Notes: generated from the sequence alone by a model not told the origin. A stretch of DNA of 64,000 nt from Candidatus Bathyarchaeum tardum (GCA_024650005.2 CP122380.1:320001-384000); one strand, 5' to 3'. Counted from the stretch's first letter, positions 40,105 through 50,080 are shown. Made by a program: numbers and translations.

Positions 40105-41232
40105 GTGACTAAACAGTTTTGGTGCAGGCGCAAGGAGGTAGTTAGGTTGGAAATGCAATTAAATCAATTGAGGAATCGAGATGTTTATGTTGACTTTATT
40201 CGAACTGTAGCTATCGTATTTGTTCTTTTTTTGCATTCTTCTGGTCGGTGGTTAATAACAAGCCAAGAATTACATCAACTAACTTTATCCGAGTTCGTCG
40301 GCTGGAGCATTGTTGACCTTTACCAAAGTATTGGAGTAATTGGAGCGCCCTTATTTGTGATGTTAAGCGGTGCCCTTTTGCTTCAACCCGGAAAAACTGA
40401 ACCCCTTACCAGTTTTTTCAAGAAACGATGGGCTCGAATCGGTTTACCTTTCTTTTTTTGGAGCGCAATCTATTTTGTTTGGGTATTTGTTGTTCAAAAG
40501 GCACCTTTTAGCATAGAAGCCGTAGTTCAAGGTTTACTGAATGGTCCTTACACCCAGTTTTGGTACATCTATGTGCTTGTTGGAATTTACCTTTGGACAC
40601 CAATCTTGCGTATCTTCTTAAATCATGCAGATCCTAAAATGGTAAAATATTTTATAATAATCTGGCTTTTTGGAGCATCACTTATACCCTTTTTTGATTT
40701 GTTAACCATTTTTCAATTACACAGAGATGTTTTCACAATTACAGGATTTGTAGGGTATTTTGTTTTAGGTTCATACCTCACAACAGTGAACGTTCGCCGT
40801 TCAACTGTGGTTAAAATGTTGTTTGCTGGACTCGCATTAACTTCCCTTGGCACTTATGTAATGGCTACAACTGGCGGCGGCCAAGGAATGTACTTCTTCC
40901 AAGAATACCTTAGCCCAACAGTTATTTTATCCACTTCCATGGTGTTCTTGCTGTTGCTACAAATTAAACTCCCTTCAGTTCAGAACCAAAATAGTCAATC
41001 CAAACTCGACAAACTTGTTACAATAATTGGTCAAAACACATTAGCATTGTATCTTGTTCACGTGCTGATACTGGAAACGTTTCAAAAGGGCTATTTACTT
41101 TTCGCCATAAACCGTGAAACTCTCAATCCCATTGTTCAGGTTCCATTGTTGACAGTAATTGTTTTGTTTGCTTCTTTGGCAACAATTCTTTTACTCAAGA
41201 AAGTACCTTACTTAAACAAATTAATTGGATAA
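40105..41232 (+). CDS. Acyltransferase-3 family membrane O-acyltransferase
   Basis: DFIRTVAI..VLFLH, PLFVMLSGALLL, FWYIY, LYLVH. Confidence 0.88.
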   Translation: MTKQFWCRRKEVVRLEMQLNQLRNRDVYVDFIRTVAIVFVLFLHSSGRWLITSQELHQLTLSEFVGWSIVDLYQSIGVIGAPLFVMLSGALLLQPGKTEPLTSFFKKRWARIGLPFFFWSAIYFVWVFVVQKAPFSIEAVVQGLLNGPYTQFWYIYVLVGIYLWTPILRIFLNHADPKMVKYFIIIWLFGASLIPFFDLLTIFQLHRDVFTITGFVGYFVLGSYLTTVNVRRSTVVKMLFAGLALTSLGTYVMATTGGGQGMYFFQEYLSPTVILSTSMVFLLLLQIKLPSVQNQNSQSKLDKLVTIIGQNTLALYLVHVLILETFQKGYLLFAINRETLNPIVQVPLLTVIVLFASLATILLLKKVPYLNKLIG

Positions 41233-41935
41233 ACCTTTGACTCTAAGGAAACGAACAAAAATGAATAAACAAAAATTGCAGTTACTGGCTATTGGGATAC
41301 TCATTCTATTTGTGACCGCATTAGTCGCACAATTCTTCATTATGAATGCTGGAACCAAACAATCTACACCTGAAGCAATAAAAGTTGCATGCGTTGGAGA
41401 CAGTCTAACCCAATCAACTGTGTATCCTTTGGTGCTTTGGATTAATCTTGGTCTAGAAACATATGACGTTCAAAACTTTGGGGTCGGTTCAACAACGGTT
41501 ATCCTTGAATCTGAAACCCCTTACATGGACACCCCCACTTTTCAAGAAGCACTGGATTTTCAACCAGACATTGTAATCCTTTTGATAGGAACTAACGATG
41601 CACAACCCAGCCTTTTTCCGTTTAACACAACGTTTGTGTCAGATTATCTTGAACTGGTTTCTGCCTTTCAGGGGCTTTCGTCCAATCCCGAAATTTGGAT
41701 TGTTTTGCCTCCCCCCCTTTTTGGCGATAAAGGGGGAACAATTAGCCCAGAATATTTTGCAAACACCATAATTCCTCTAATAAAACAAGTTGCAAACCAA
41801 ACTAATTTGCCAACAATCGACGTTTATTCTGCCTTGTCGGATGCTTCTGAATATTTCCCCGACGGACTACATCCAAATGTTGAAGGTGGAACCCTAATCG
41901 CTGAAGAAATATACAAGGCTTTAGCTCCAAACTGA
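41225..41935 (+). CDS. Membrane-anchored SGNH/GDSL hydrolase
   Basis: GDSLT, GTND, DGLHP and an N-terminal TM. Confidence 0.88.
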   Translation: MDKPLTLRKRTKMNKQKLQLLAIGILILFVTALVAQFFIMNAGTKQSTPEAIKVACVGDSLTQSTVYPLVLWINLGLETYDVQNFGVGSTTVILESETPYMDTPTFQEALDFQPDIVILLIGTNDAQPSLFPFNTTFVSDYLELVSAFQGLSSNPEIWIVLPPPLFGDKGGTISPEYFANTIIPLIKQVANQTNLPTIDVYSALSDASEYFPDGLHPNVEGGTLIAEEIYKALAPN

Positions 41936-42059
41936 TACTGCTACTAAAAACAATTACCTAAAAAATTCAGAATCATTGAAACAGACCAATCCCGTTGTTG
42001 TTAATTTGAAGCGTTCAACCGATTGTAAAAAAAGTGGCATAAAACCGTGTTTTTAACAG

Positions 42060-42494
42060 TTACGTGTTTAATTTCTTTCGTAGAATTATTCCTTCTGCAA
42101 AAAACAAAAGCATGGCTATTGCAGTTATTGCTGTAAGAAAAAGAAAACTTGTTTCAATAAATATTTCAGCGACAAAATAACTTAATGCTAAAATTGCTAG
42201 TTCTGCTCCGAACGCTCCCAGAAAAAAGAAGGAGTAGAACATTAAACGAGGAACAAGATTGTTTCCCACCCACACGTGACCGCTGACGCCTGCTTTTTCT
42301 TTCAGAATGTAGTCGCCGAACTCATTTTTTTCAAGTAAGCCCAGCAACTCTAGTTTTTGCAGGTGACGATGTGCCACGCTTGAGCTACTTAAATTTGCCC
42401 CTCGCATAACGTCCCTTGTGCCGACTGGTCTATTTTCTTTAACTACGTATGTGTAAACGCTTAAAGTGTTGCCAGCAAGTTCTTTTTCGTCCAT
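42060..42494 (-). CDS. Membrane-tethered wHTH regulator (two C-terminal TM)
   Basis: LSSSSVAHRHLQKLELLGLL followed by two TM helices; paralog of 43512. Confidence 0.8.
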   Translation of the reverse strand: MDEKELAGNTLSVYTYVVKENRPVGTRDVMRGANLSSSSVAHRHLQKLELLGLLEKNEFGDYILKEKAGVSGHVWVGNNLVPRLMFYSFFFLGAFGAELAILALSYFVAEIFIETSFLFLTAITAIAMLLFFAEGIILRKKLNT

Positions 42495-42505
42495 TAGTAT
42501 AACCC

Positions 42506-43321
42506 CTATGGCAGCAGGTCTTCAAACGCTACTGGGCGCATCAAGTCAACTGTCACAAGGTATTCGTCAGGAACTAAGTTGTTGTATAGCCAACCTTCTT
42601 CGCCATATTTTTCTAGTTGTATTTGGTCAACAAGTTCATTGTTTGTCAAAGTAACTATTGTTGATTCACCAGAAAATGTGACAAATCCTACTCTGTATAT
42701 GCTTATGGTTACTGTTTCTGCCTCTCTGAGAGCATCAACCTCCCGGTAGGTACCACTTGCACCTATAGAGCCTGTTCCGCTACCTCCTTTTGGCCATAAT
42801 ATTGAGACTCCTGTACTCCACTCGTTTCTTACCAGTCCGCCTCCGCCACCGTACGTAAGGTCAAAGCTGTTTGTGTCAAACCATTCATCACGCATGAAAC
42901 GGAAGTCTTTAAGCAAACTGCTAACATTGAATGAACTTTCAATGTTGGTTCCTACCATCCAGTGTTCCTTTTTAATGAGTTCTTTGTCAGAGATGATTTC
43001 TATCTGATAATATTCAAGTTGAGCATCAGCTTCCTGTTTTGTGGTATCTGCAGTTAATGTGAGGTTAAGTGCTATAATGTGTTGTTCACTAACTGAGTTT
43101 GTTTCATTCAAACCCGCTGTAAAGTTCGTCATCTCGGGGTGAAGGATTGGTCCATTGAGGGTTTCCCAGTACGCATAGGGCATGTCAATACTGAACCATG
43201 GTTCGGGTCCGTTGCTGGGTTGTGCTGTTGCAGACATCAAGAACGCTAATGGAAAGACTGCACTGACTCCGATAAGCAAGGCAGCAATACTGCATACTAT
43301 CAATTTTTTTTCGATTTTCAT
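42506..43321 (-). CDS. Secreted or membrane-anchored hypothetical protein
   Basis: N-terminal hydrophobic signal and an acidic beta-rich body. Confidence 0.75.
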   Translation of the reverse strand: MKIEKKLIVCSIAALLIGVSAVFPLAFLMSATAQPSNGPEPWFSIDMPYAYWETLNGPILHPEMTNFTAGLNETNSVSEQHIIALNLTLTADTTKQEADAQLEYYQIEIISDKELIKKEHWMVGTNIESSFNVSSLLKDFRFMRDEWFDTNSFDLTYGGGGGLVRNEWSTGVSILWPKGGSGTGSIGASGTYREVDALREAETVTISIYRVGFVTFSGESTIVTLTNNELVDQIQLEKYGEEGWLYNNLVPDEYLVTVDLMRPVAFEDLLP

Positions 43322-43373
43322 GTTTTTTCACATCTAAATTTGATGGAAGAATACGGTTATAATTCTCCCCGAA

Positions 43374-43399
43374 GAACAAAGTTGTTCTTGTCAAGAACA
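43374..43399. promoter_or_regulatory. GAAC-N6-GTTC box with an extra half-site
   Basis: GAAC(43374)-N6-GTTC(43384)-N7-GAAC(43395), adjacent to a minus-strand TTATAA. Confidence 0.55.
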
Positions 43400-43511
43400 C
43401 CAAAAAATGTTATCTGTCCTTTGAAAACGTGTCATTTGATACGTGCTGTTAAAAAATTAAAATTTATATTGAAACCTTCATCAAACTATACCTAGAACAG
43501 GAAGTGTTGCT

Positions 43512-43964
43512 TTGTCGGGCGTGGGCATCAGCGGTCTGGAAGGCGTTACCCTTAACGTGTATTTATATGTGGTCAAAAAAGGCATTGTTGGTCCTCGAGA
43601 CGTAATGCGCGGCGTAAACCTTAGCAGTCCGAGTGTGGCGTATCGGCACTTACAAAAACTGGAAAATATGGGGTTAGTGACAAAAAATGAACTTGGTAAC
43701 TATGTTGCAACAAAAAAGGTTGGCATTCACGGTTATGTGTGGATTGGAAGACGGCTTCTTCCAAATCCCTTGATTTATGCTATGATTTTCTTTGGTGTAC
43801 TAATCGCAGAATTGCTTGTTTTCGTGATGCATGTTTCCTTTGAAACAGATCAATTCAAAACTTTCTTTCTGATAATAACAATAATAACAGTAGCTGCCTT
43901 GTCCTTGTTTTTAATTGAAGCTTGGAGAATGCACAGAAAAATCAGAATCTGCCCTCCAGATTAA
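43512..43964 (+). CDS. Membrane-tethered wHTH regulator (two C-terminal TM)
   Basis: LSSPSVAYRHLQKLENMGLV followed by two TM helices. Confidence 0.8.
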   Translation: MSGVGISGLEGVTLNVYLYVVKKGIVGPRDVMRGVNLSSPSVAYRHLQKLENMGLVTKNELGNYVATKKVGIHGYVWIGRRLLPNPLIYAMIFFGVLIAELLVFVMHVSFETDQFKTFFLIITIITVAALSLFLIEAWRMHRKIRICPPD

Positions 43965-43988
43965 ACTCCAAGTAACCTTTAGACCCTT

Positions 43989-44014
43989 GTTCTTGCATCG
44001 GAACGGTCCTGTTC
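43989..44014. promoter_or_regulatory. GAAC-N6-GTTC box with an extra half-site
   Basis: GTTC(43989)-N8-GAAC(44001)-N6-GTTC(44011), just before TAATATAT. Confidence 0.55.
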
Positions 44015-44064
44015 CGCAGAGAGAGCTAATATATGCTTTTTCATTGTTTTAAAATGATTGTAAG

Positions 44065-45003
44065 GTGTGTTTCATGCACAGATTCAAAGTAACAAAGACT
44101 GTTAATTCTATGTTAGTTTCCGTTTTAGTTTTCACTTTATGTTTAGGTTGTATACAAATCCCCCTGGTGCAGTGTGCGCAATCGTCTACCGTGGGGTTAT
44201 GGCATTTGGATGAAATTTTGCCTAGCGGTTATTCAACAATAACCCCTGATTCTACGGGTTACAATAATGGAACCGTAGGGGGCGACATAACAATTGTTGA
44301 AGGCAAATTCGACAAAGCCTTCAAATTCAAAACAAGTGGCTACGTTTACGTGCCGATTAGGTTTTTAGTAGGTTTTCCTCCTACTCCTGAACCCATTTAT
44401 GTGCCTATTTCTCCAAACTTGGACATCCAAGAAGAACTAAAAATAGAAGCATGGATAAACGTTCAAAGCTTTACAAACGCAACGTACAACAATATTGTAG
44501 TAAAATGCACCCGAAATGGTTCACTAGTAGAAGACGTCACTCGAGTTTTCGGGCTTGCCGTGAAACCTAGCCCCGAAAACAAGAATCTAGGCGTGCTTAG
44601 TGGCTGTGTAAACACTGATGCTTCAGGTTTTAACGAAATTCTAACAACAAAACCCGTAATTTCTTTGAACACATGGATTAACGTCGCCTTTACCCGAACA
44701 TCAACTGGACTGCACCTGTACGTGAACGGAGAAGAGCAAACAGTCACTGTGATAGAGGGTGTGCGAAATCCTGTTGGTTCCATACTAAATGGAACAGAAG
44801 TTTACATTGGGCACGACTCAGAAATGACCATCGACGAAGTCAAAATCAGCGACCTTGCTCCACAACAAATTCTAGCTTCCCAAATTGACATTGGAGACAA
44901 CTTGTTGATTGCAGTGATTGTGGTTGTTGTGGTTTTCTCTATCGCATGGGTTTTACGTAAAGCCATCCAAATGTGGGTGATCTACTCCAAAAGCCGAGAC
45001 TAA
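44065..45003 (+). CDS. LamG/ConA-like jellyroll surface protein with C-terminal TM
   Basis: VGLWHLDE, DSTGYNNG, LYVNG, IDEVKI. Confidence 0.8.
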   Translation: MCFMHRFKVTKTVNSMLVSVLVFTLCLGCIQIPLVQCAQSSTVGLWHLDEILPSGYSTITPDSTGYNNGTVGGDITIVEGKFDKAFKFKTSGYVYVPIRFLVGFPPTPEPIYVPISPNLDIQEELKIEAWINVQSFTNATYNNIVVKCTRNGSLVEDVTRVFGLAVKPSPENKNLGVLSGCVNTDASGFNEILTTKPVISLNTWINVAFTRTSTGLHLYVNGEEQTVTVIEGVRNPVGSILNGTEVYIGHDSEMTIDEVKISDLAPQQILASQIDIGDNLLIAVIVVVVVFSIAWVLRKAIQMWVIYSKSRD

Positions 45004-45021
45004 CTTAGTTTACGTAAGGAA

Positions 45022-46203
45022 GTGTTATGTTTGGGTGTTGGCTTCAAACTTGTTCAGTTGTTGCTACGACAAAAACTAACTGGCAAAGGACTCAAAGGAA
45101 AAGCAGGAGCACCACAGATTGTGTCTTTTGCGGTCACTAAAGCGTGCAACCTTCAATGTTTACACTGTCATGCCGATGCCCGTGACGCATTCCCCAAAGA
45201 ATTGTCCCTCAAAGAAGCAACCCGAGCAATTGATGAACTGGCTTCTCTTGGAACTGAAGCCATAATGTTTACTGGCGGCGAACCTTTACTAAGAAAAAAG
45301 TTTGTTATACAACTCTCCAGGTACTGCACCGACATAGGAATCTTGCCTGCAATGCTCACAAACGGGGTTTTATTAAACCATAAAGTTGCGTATGAACTAA
45401 AAGAAGCCGGAATTTTGGCTGTAGGTATCCCTTTGGATTCTCCAGAAGCTGAACTCCACGATAAACTTCGAGCGGTTCCCGGAACCTTTGACAAAGCCCT
45501 GCGAGGCATCAGAGCTTGCAAAGACATGGATTTAGAAGTTGTTATTACCACGATGGCGTTGAAAAACAACTTTTGCACGGTTCCACAGATGATTGATTTA
45601 ATTTACGATCTAGATGTTGACCAAGTTGCCATATACGATTTGGTTCCTAATGGACGAGGAAAACAAATGATGGATGAAGTAATGCTTCCTGAACAACGAG
45701 AACAAGTAATCCGTTACCTTCAACAAGTCCAAGAAACAAAAGAGATGACGTTTTTGTTTTCGGGAGGGCTTCCTATGTATCCTGAAATCGTGGCAACAAT
45801 GCACAAAACAAGGGGAACCCGTGCGCCAGACTTGCTTTTGAAACAGTTTTGGATACACGCGCCAATAGGTTGCCCTGCGGGCATCAGCTACCTGAGTTTG
45901 CGACCTAACGGGGATGTGTACCCTTGTCCTTTTCTGCAAATCAAGGTTGGCAACATCCGTGAGCAGAGCCTTTCTGACATCTGGTACAGATCAGAAGTTC
46001 TAAGGTCCCTCAGAAACCGAAGCAACCTAAAAGGAGAATGCGGAAAATGTGAATACCGTCAAACCTGTGGAGGCTGCCGAGGCAGAGCTTACGCTGTTAA
46101 TGGTGACTACCTAGCAGAAGACCCAGTTTGCCTAAGAGATTTGATGAAAAAAGAAAGCGTCTACCCAAATAACGTGCAACGCTTTGGATGGTGTGTCGGG
46201 TGA
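45022..46203 (+). CDS. Radical SAM/SPASM protein (NirJ/Ahb-like)
   Basis: CNLQCLHC, GGEP, CPAG...YPCP...CGKCEYRQTCGGCRGRA...C. Confidence 0.9.
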   Translation: MLCLGVGFKLVQLLLRQKLTGKGLKGKAGAPQIVSFAVTKACNLQCLHCHADARDAFPKELSLKEATRAIDELASLGTEAIMFTGGEPLLRKKFVIQLSRYCTDIGILPAMLTNGVLLNHKVAYELKEAGILAVGIPLDSPEAELHDKLRAVPGTFDKALRGIRACKDMDLEVVITTMALKNNFCTVPQMIDLIYDLDVDQVAIYDLVPNGRGKQMMDEVMLPEQREQVIRYLQQVQETKEMTFLFSGGLPMYPEIVATMHKTRGTRAPDLLLKQFWIHAPIGCPAGISYLSLRPNGDVYPCPFLQIKVGNIREQSLSDIWYRSEVLRSLRNRSNLKGECGKCEYRQTCGGCRGRAYAVNGDYLAEDPVCLRDLMKKESVYPNNVQRFGWCVG

Positions 46204-46254
46204 TTCCTCTTCTTTGATGTTCTTTTTATGATTGCTACAAAAATTTTAATTTCA

Positions 46255-46383
46255 CTAGACCTTTTTCTTTTTTGGTCTGCGTTTGAAATGACATCTTCCT
46301 AACCAGTTTCTAAGTCGTGACTGGCAATATCCATCAATGTTGTTTACACAGTGTTTTTGATTACATTTCACTTTTGTCCGCAT
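46255..46383 (-). CDS. 42-aa Cys-rich basic microprotein (DUF1540-like)
   Basis: MRTKVKCNQKHCVNNIDGYCQSRLRNWLGRCHFKRRPKKKKV*, GGAG SD. Confidence 0.6.
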   Translation of the reverse strand: MRTKVKCNQKHCVNNIDGYCQSRLRNWLGRCHFKRRPKKKKV

Positions 46384-46430
46384 CTGTTAATCTCCAAAAC
46401 TGGTCTTGAAAATTACAAAAAAGAGTCTGC

Positions 46431-47450
46431 TTAATCATTTCTTTTTTGTTTCAGACACATTTCAGGTCGGAATATGCCTTTTTCGGTTATTACTGCATCC
46501 ACATATTCTAAGGGTGTAATGTCAAAGGCAGGATTCAAAACTTTAATGCCTTCAGGAGCAATTCTTTCACAGCCGATGTTTGTTATTTCTGTTGGGCTTC
46601 TTTCTTCTATAACTGCATCTTCTGAAGACAGTGACTGATCCATGCTCGACATGGGTGCAGCTACATAGAACGGGATTCCGTGTTCTGATGCTAATACTGC
46701 AACGTTGTATGTTCCAATTTTGTTCAAAACCCCGTCCCGAACGATACGGTCTGCTCCAACAACTACTTTATCTACCATGCCTTGGGACATGACATAGCCC
46801 ACCATGGTGTCGCTGATTAAGGTCACTGGAATGTTGTCCCGCATTAACTCGTAACAGGTGAGTTTAGCTCCTTGTTGCCTTGGGCGGGTTTCACAGGAAA
46901 TTACTTGGATATTTTTTCCTTCTTCAATTGCAGCACGAATAACCCCAAGGGCTGTGCCGTAATCTACTGTAGCTAAACTGCCTGCGTTACAGTGAGTCAA
47001 AACAGTGTCCCCCTCTTCAATCAGCGTGGCACCAAATTTGCCCATTTTGCGATTAGTTTCAACGTCTTCATCTGCCATGATATTAGCTTCGTTCACAACC
47101 GCTTCAGCTATTTGTTCTTTGGTTCCTTTGGTTTCTTGAGCTTTCTTCATTACTCTATCGATTGCCCAAAACAGGTTTACAGCAGTGGGACGTGTGGTAC
47201 GCAAAAGGGCAGCAGATTCTTCTAACTCTATCAATAATTCTTCTCGGGTTTTTGCTATTGAATGAAAAGCAGTCAACGCCAAACCATACGCAGCCGACAC
47301 GCCTATTAGGGGTGCACCTCGCACTTGCATTTCTTTAATCGCGTAAGCCATGTCTTTATAGTTTTTCAGTTCCACCCAGACTTCTTGGTTGGGCAATTTT
47401 CTTTGATCAATTATGGTAACTATGCCGTTTTCCCATTCGATTGTTCGCAC
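46431..47450 (-). CDS. mtnA: S-methyl-5-thioribose-1-phosphate isomerase
   Basis: DQRKLP, VRGAPLIG, RPTAVNL, THCNAGSLAT, ETRP, NPAFDITP. Confidence 0.93.
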   Translation of the reverse strand: MRTIEWENGIVTIIDQRKLPNQEVWVELKNYKDMAYAIKEMQVRGAPLIGVSAAYGLALTAFHSIAKTREELLIELEESAALLRTTRPTAVNLFWAIDRVMKKAQETKGTKEQIAEAVVNEANIMADEDVETNRKMGKFGATLIEEGDTVLTHCNAGSLATVDYGTALGVIRAAIEEGKNIQVISCETRPRQQGAKLTCYELMRDNIPVTLISDTMVGYVMSQGMVDKVVVGADRIVRDGVLNKIGTYNVAVLASEHGIPFYVAAPMSSMDQSLSSEDAVIEERSPTEITNIGCERIAPEGIKVLNPAFDITPLEYVDAVITEKGIFRPEMCLKQKRND

Positions 47451-47623
47451 AACTGAACACCGCTTTATGGGGAGTTAACCTTTGATAGGTAATATGTTTT
47501 CTGCTAAAAACGAGTTTTCAATTCCAGATTCGCCTGAAAAAAACTGTAAGGGATGTCCTGCATAAGACATTGTATTGGGGGTAAACCTATAGTTTAATTA
47601 CTGCCGTAGTTTTCCCAACAAAT

Positions 47624-47703
47624 AGTGACTATGGGAAGTGCTCACAATCGGTGACGATGTGAAGGTTTTCATTTTTCCCTACCTACACTTCCCAATGTCC
47701 ACT
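47624..47703 (+). ncRNA. Candidate ~80-nt structured small RNA (strand inferred)
   Basis: Closing stem TGGGAAGTG/CACTTCCCA, GNRA-capped hairpin ATCG-GTGA-CGAT, TATA-like TTTAATTA about 30 nt upstream. Confidence 0.5.
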
Positions 47704-47715
47704 CAAAAATATGAG

Positions 47716-48447
47716 TTAGATTTTTTTGTCGAGTTTAATTACAACCTCAATTGGACTGCCTTTTGGAAGCTTCAGATTTTCTTTCCAGTCATCCCCAACA
47801 GAGATAAGAGAATAAATTCCTGAAACTTCAGCTCGAGCTTTCTTAACAAAGTTAACTAAGGCTGCTTGGGTTTCCCCAGTTTTTATCATATCATCTACAA
47901 TTAGCACACTGTCTCGCCGTTTTATGGCCTCTTTGGGCAAATACAAGGTTAATGTGTAACCTGAATCTCGCAAAACATAGGTTTCTTCAAGAAACGCTGG
48001 AACACCCACTTCTTTGTTCCGTTTAGCAATCAACAAATCTACGCCTAACGAGTTTGCAACCATTGCTCCTAAGGGTACTCCATCAACTGCGGCAGTTAGA
48101 ACCTTTGTCACCCGACCCCCTGCAAAAGTTGCAAGAGCATGTTGGGCTGCTTGCTGCAGGATGTTATGGTCCCCTATAATCCATGTATTGTTAAAATATC
48201 CTGCTGAATTGAATTTTATTCGTCTGCGCAGTTCAGATTTCAGACCAACTAATTTAGTTAGAACCCCCCAGAGTTCTTTGGCGCGTTCAGCGTTGGGTAG
48301 AACATGACCTTTGGCGTATCTACTTAGAACTGTTACAGGCAGATTAGTTTTGGCGGATAATTCCCTGTAGGTATATTCTTTTTTTGCAGTGCGAAGCAAT
48401 TCAATAGTCATTAAACGGAGTTTCAAGTCTTCTGCATGTGTGTTCAT
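47716..48447 (-). CDS. HTH plus phosphoribosyltransferase protein (archaeal purine PRT/regulator)
   Basis: TYRELS...LSRYAKGHVLP HTH; VLIVDDMIKTGET PRPP motif. Confidence 0.88.
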   Translation of the reverse strand: MNTHAEDLKLRLMTIELLRTAKKEYTYRELSAKTNLPVTVLSRYAKGHVLPNAERAKELWGVLTKLVGLKSELRRRIKFNSAGYFNNTWIIGDHNILQQAAQHALATFAGGRVTKVLTAAVDGVPLGAMVANSLGVDLLIAKRNKEVGVPAFLEETYVLRDSGYTLTLYLPKEAIKRRDSVLIVDDMIKTGETQAALVNFVKKARAEVSGIYSLISVGDDWKENLKLPKGSPIEVVIKLDKKI

Positions 48448-48549
48448 TTTTATCCCTTTAGTTTGTACACCAACAAATCAAATAACGCGTGTACAGACTA
48501 CCTATTTTAACTTGCGCAAATTTATAATTTCCGTATAACTGCGCAATCA

Positions 48550-49133
48550 AGTCGATTTTGTTGTTGTCATGCACAAACTTGGTCCTCAAATCCAAGTTAG
48601 CAAGATTGTTGTGTTGTTCAAATTTTTCCAGTTGCTGCTGGCTTTCTTTCCTTTAATAGTAAGGTCCAGTAAATCCCCTGCATGTGCATTGATTGTATGA
48701 ACAATGTGTTCTTTGACATTCCGGTATGCAATCAAGTTGTTGTAAAGCACTAAGTGCTGCAATGCCTTTCTATGGATTCCCTATTTTTCGTGATGTGAAA
48801 AGGATAATTCAGGTCCAGTGGATCTTTTTCTGTTTAGAACCAATTTTGACCGTGTGATGGTTGGGGCGTCCTGCACGTTCGCTTTCAGTGCTCTTTTCTT
48901 CATCGCTAACGTATATGGTGTAGTTGTGGTCGCAAGAAACCGTCAATGATGTGACTTTTCTGAGATTCTGTACAGGTTTGTTTGGGTCTATTCAATAGTC
49001 TATTATGGATAATCCGGGAGCAGCCCAGTCGTGTAGTCTTTTAAGGATGATTAACTCCTGGAGTTTCTCTTTTTAACTCATCTAGTATTCGGGAATTTTC
49101 TCGTTGCATTTAGGGTCAGTTCCTTGGCTTCAT
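48550..49133 (-). pseudogene. Heavily decayed coding remnant, possibly DUF364-like
   Basis: Fragments RILDELK, GIAALSALQQL and AGDLLDLTIKGKK are broken by stops and frameshifts. Confidence 0.3.
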
Positions 49134-49985
49134 TAACTTAAGCCTTTAGGAATAATATCAAAGCCAACATCAGCCACGACACGTTTAGCTAACTGTTTTC
49201 GCATTGTAATAAAAATAGTCCAATCATTCATATTGGGCTGCCAAAAGAAACATCTGCTGTAATGCTGTAGATTCCTCGAGGATAATCAAAAGAGCTGTTG
49301 TTAGTTTTTGCTGTCAATTCGTCACCCAACGCAAATTCAGAGATTAATTTGGAGTTTAAATTTAAAAGTGATGTTACCTCTAGAAAGCAATAAGTAATAA
49401 TATGTAAAAAGAGCATATTTCTATCTGAAGCTTAATGAATAAGGGCGATCCAGTTTTATTGAAATGATTCTACTCCATTATTGGCGCAGCAACATCGTGG
49501 AAACGAAACTAAAGACATCGACATGTAGCCATAACCAAAAAAGATGATTCTAACGCTCTATGATAGCGTTATTTTACCACAAAAACCCTCGTAGAGAGGG
49601 AGACAATTAAAAAAACGGCATCCAAATAGCTATGCATAAAATAGTGAGAGCTGACTGAAACTAAAAATGAGAATTTGATTGCTGTTTATGGATTTTTTGC
49701 CTTTCTTCTATCTGTATTTCTTCTGTTATTGTGGTCATAAAATCTAAATGTATTTTCGTGCACACAAGCACGATTCAAAAAGCATCACTGAAAAACTCTG
49801 GCATATAACATTTTTTCCCTCAAAAAAATTATCTATAACTGCGAGCGCTATTTGTGTAACAAATCCTCTAACAATTCTTCTAATTCCTTAATATTCAAAT
49901 GCTCCATGAAAAAACTTCAATTCAGTAACATCTTAATAACCCATTACTTAATCATCCCAACAGAACTCTTCAATATTAACAACCA

Positions 49986-50031
49986 GTTTGCACAGTAAGA
50001 CAATGTCTTACATTCAAAACGTCGACCTTAT
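49986..50031 (+). promoter_or_regulatory. 46-bp promoter repeat containing the perfect palindrome GTAAGACA-A-TGTCTTAC (copy 1)
   Basis: 42/46 identical to the reverse complement of 54207-54252. Confidence 0.75.
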
Positions 50032-50080
50032 GCGTGCACCCGTGAACCATTATTTGTACAATAAGGAGGGAATAATAAGA

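Noticed and set aside
46255-46285. PKKKKV resembling an SV40-type nuclear localisation signal
   Set aside because: It is a low-complexity basic tail in an archaeon; the resemblance is coincidental.
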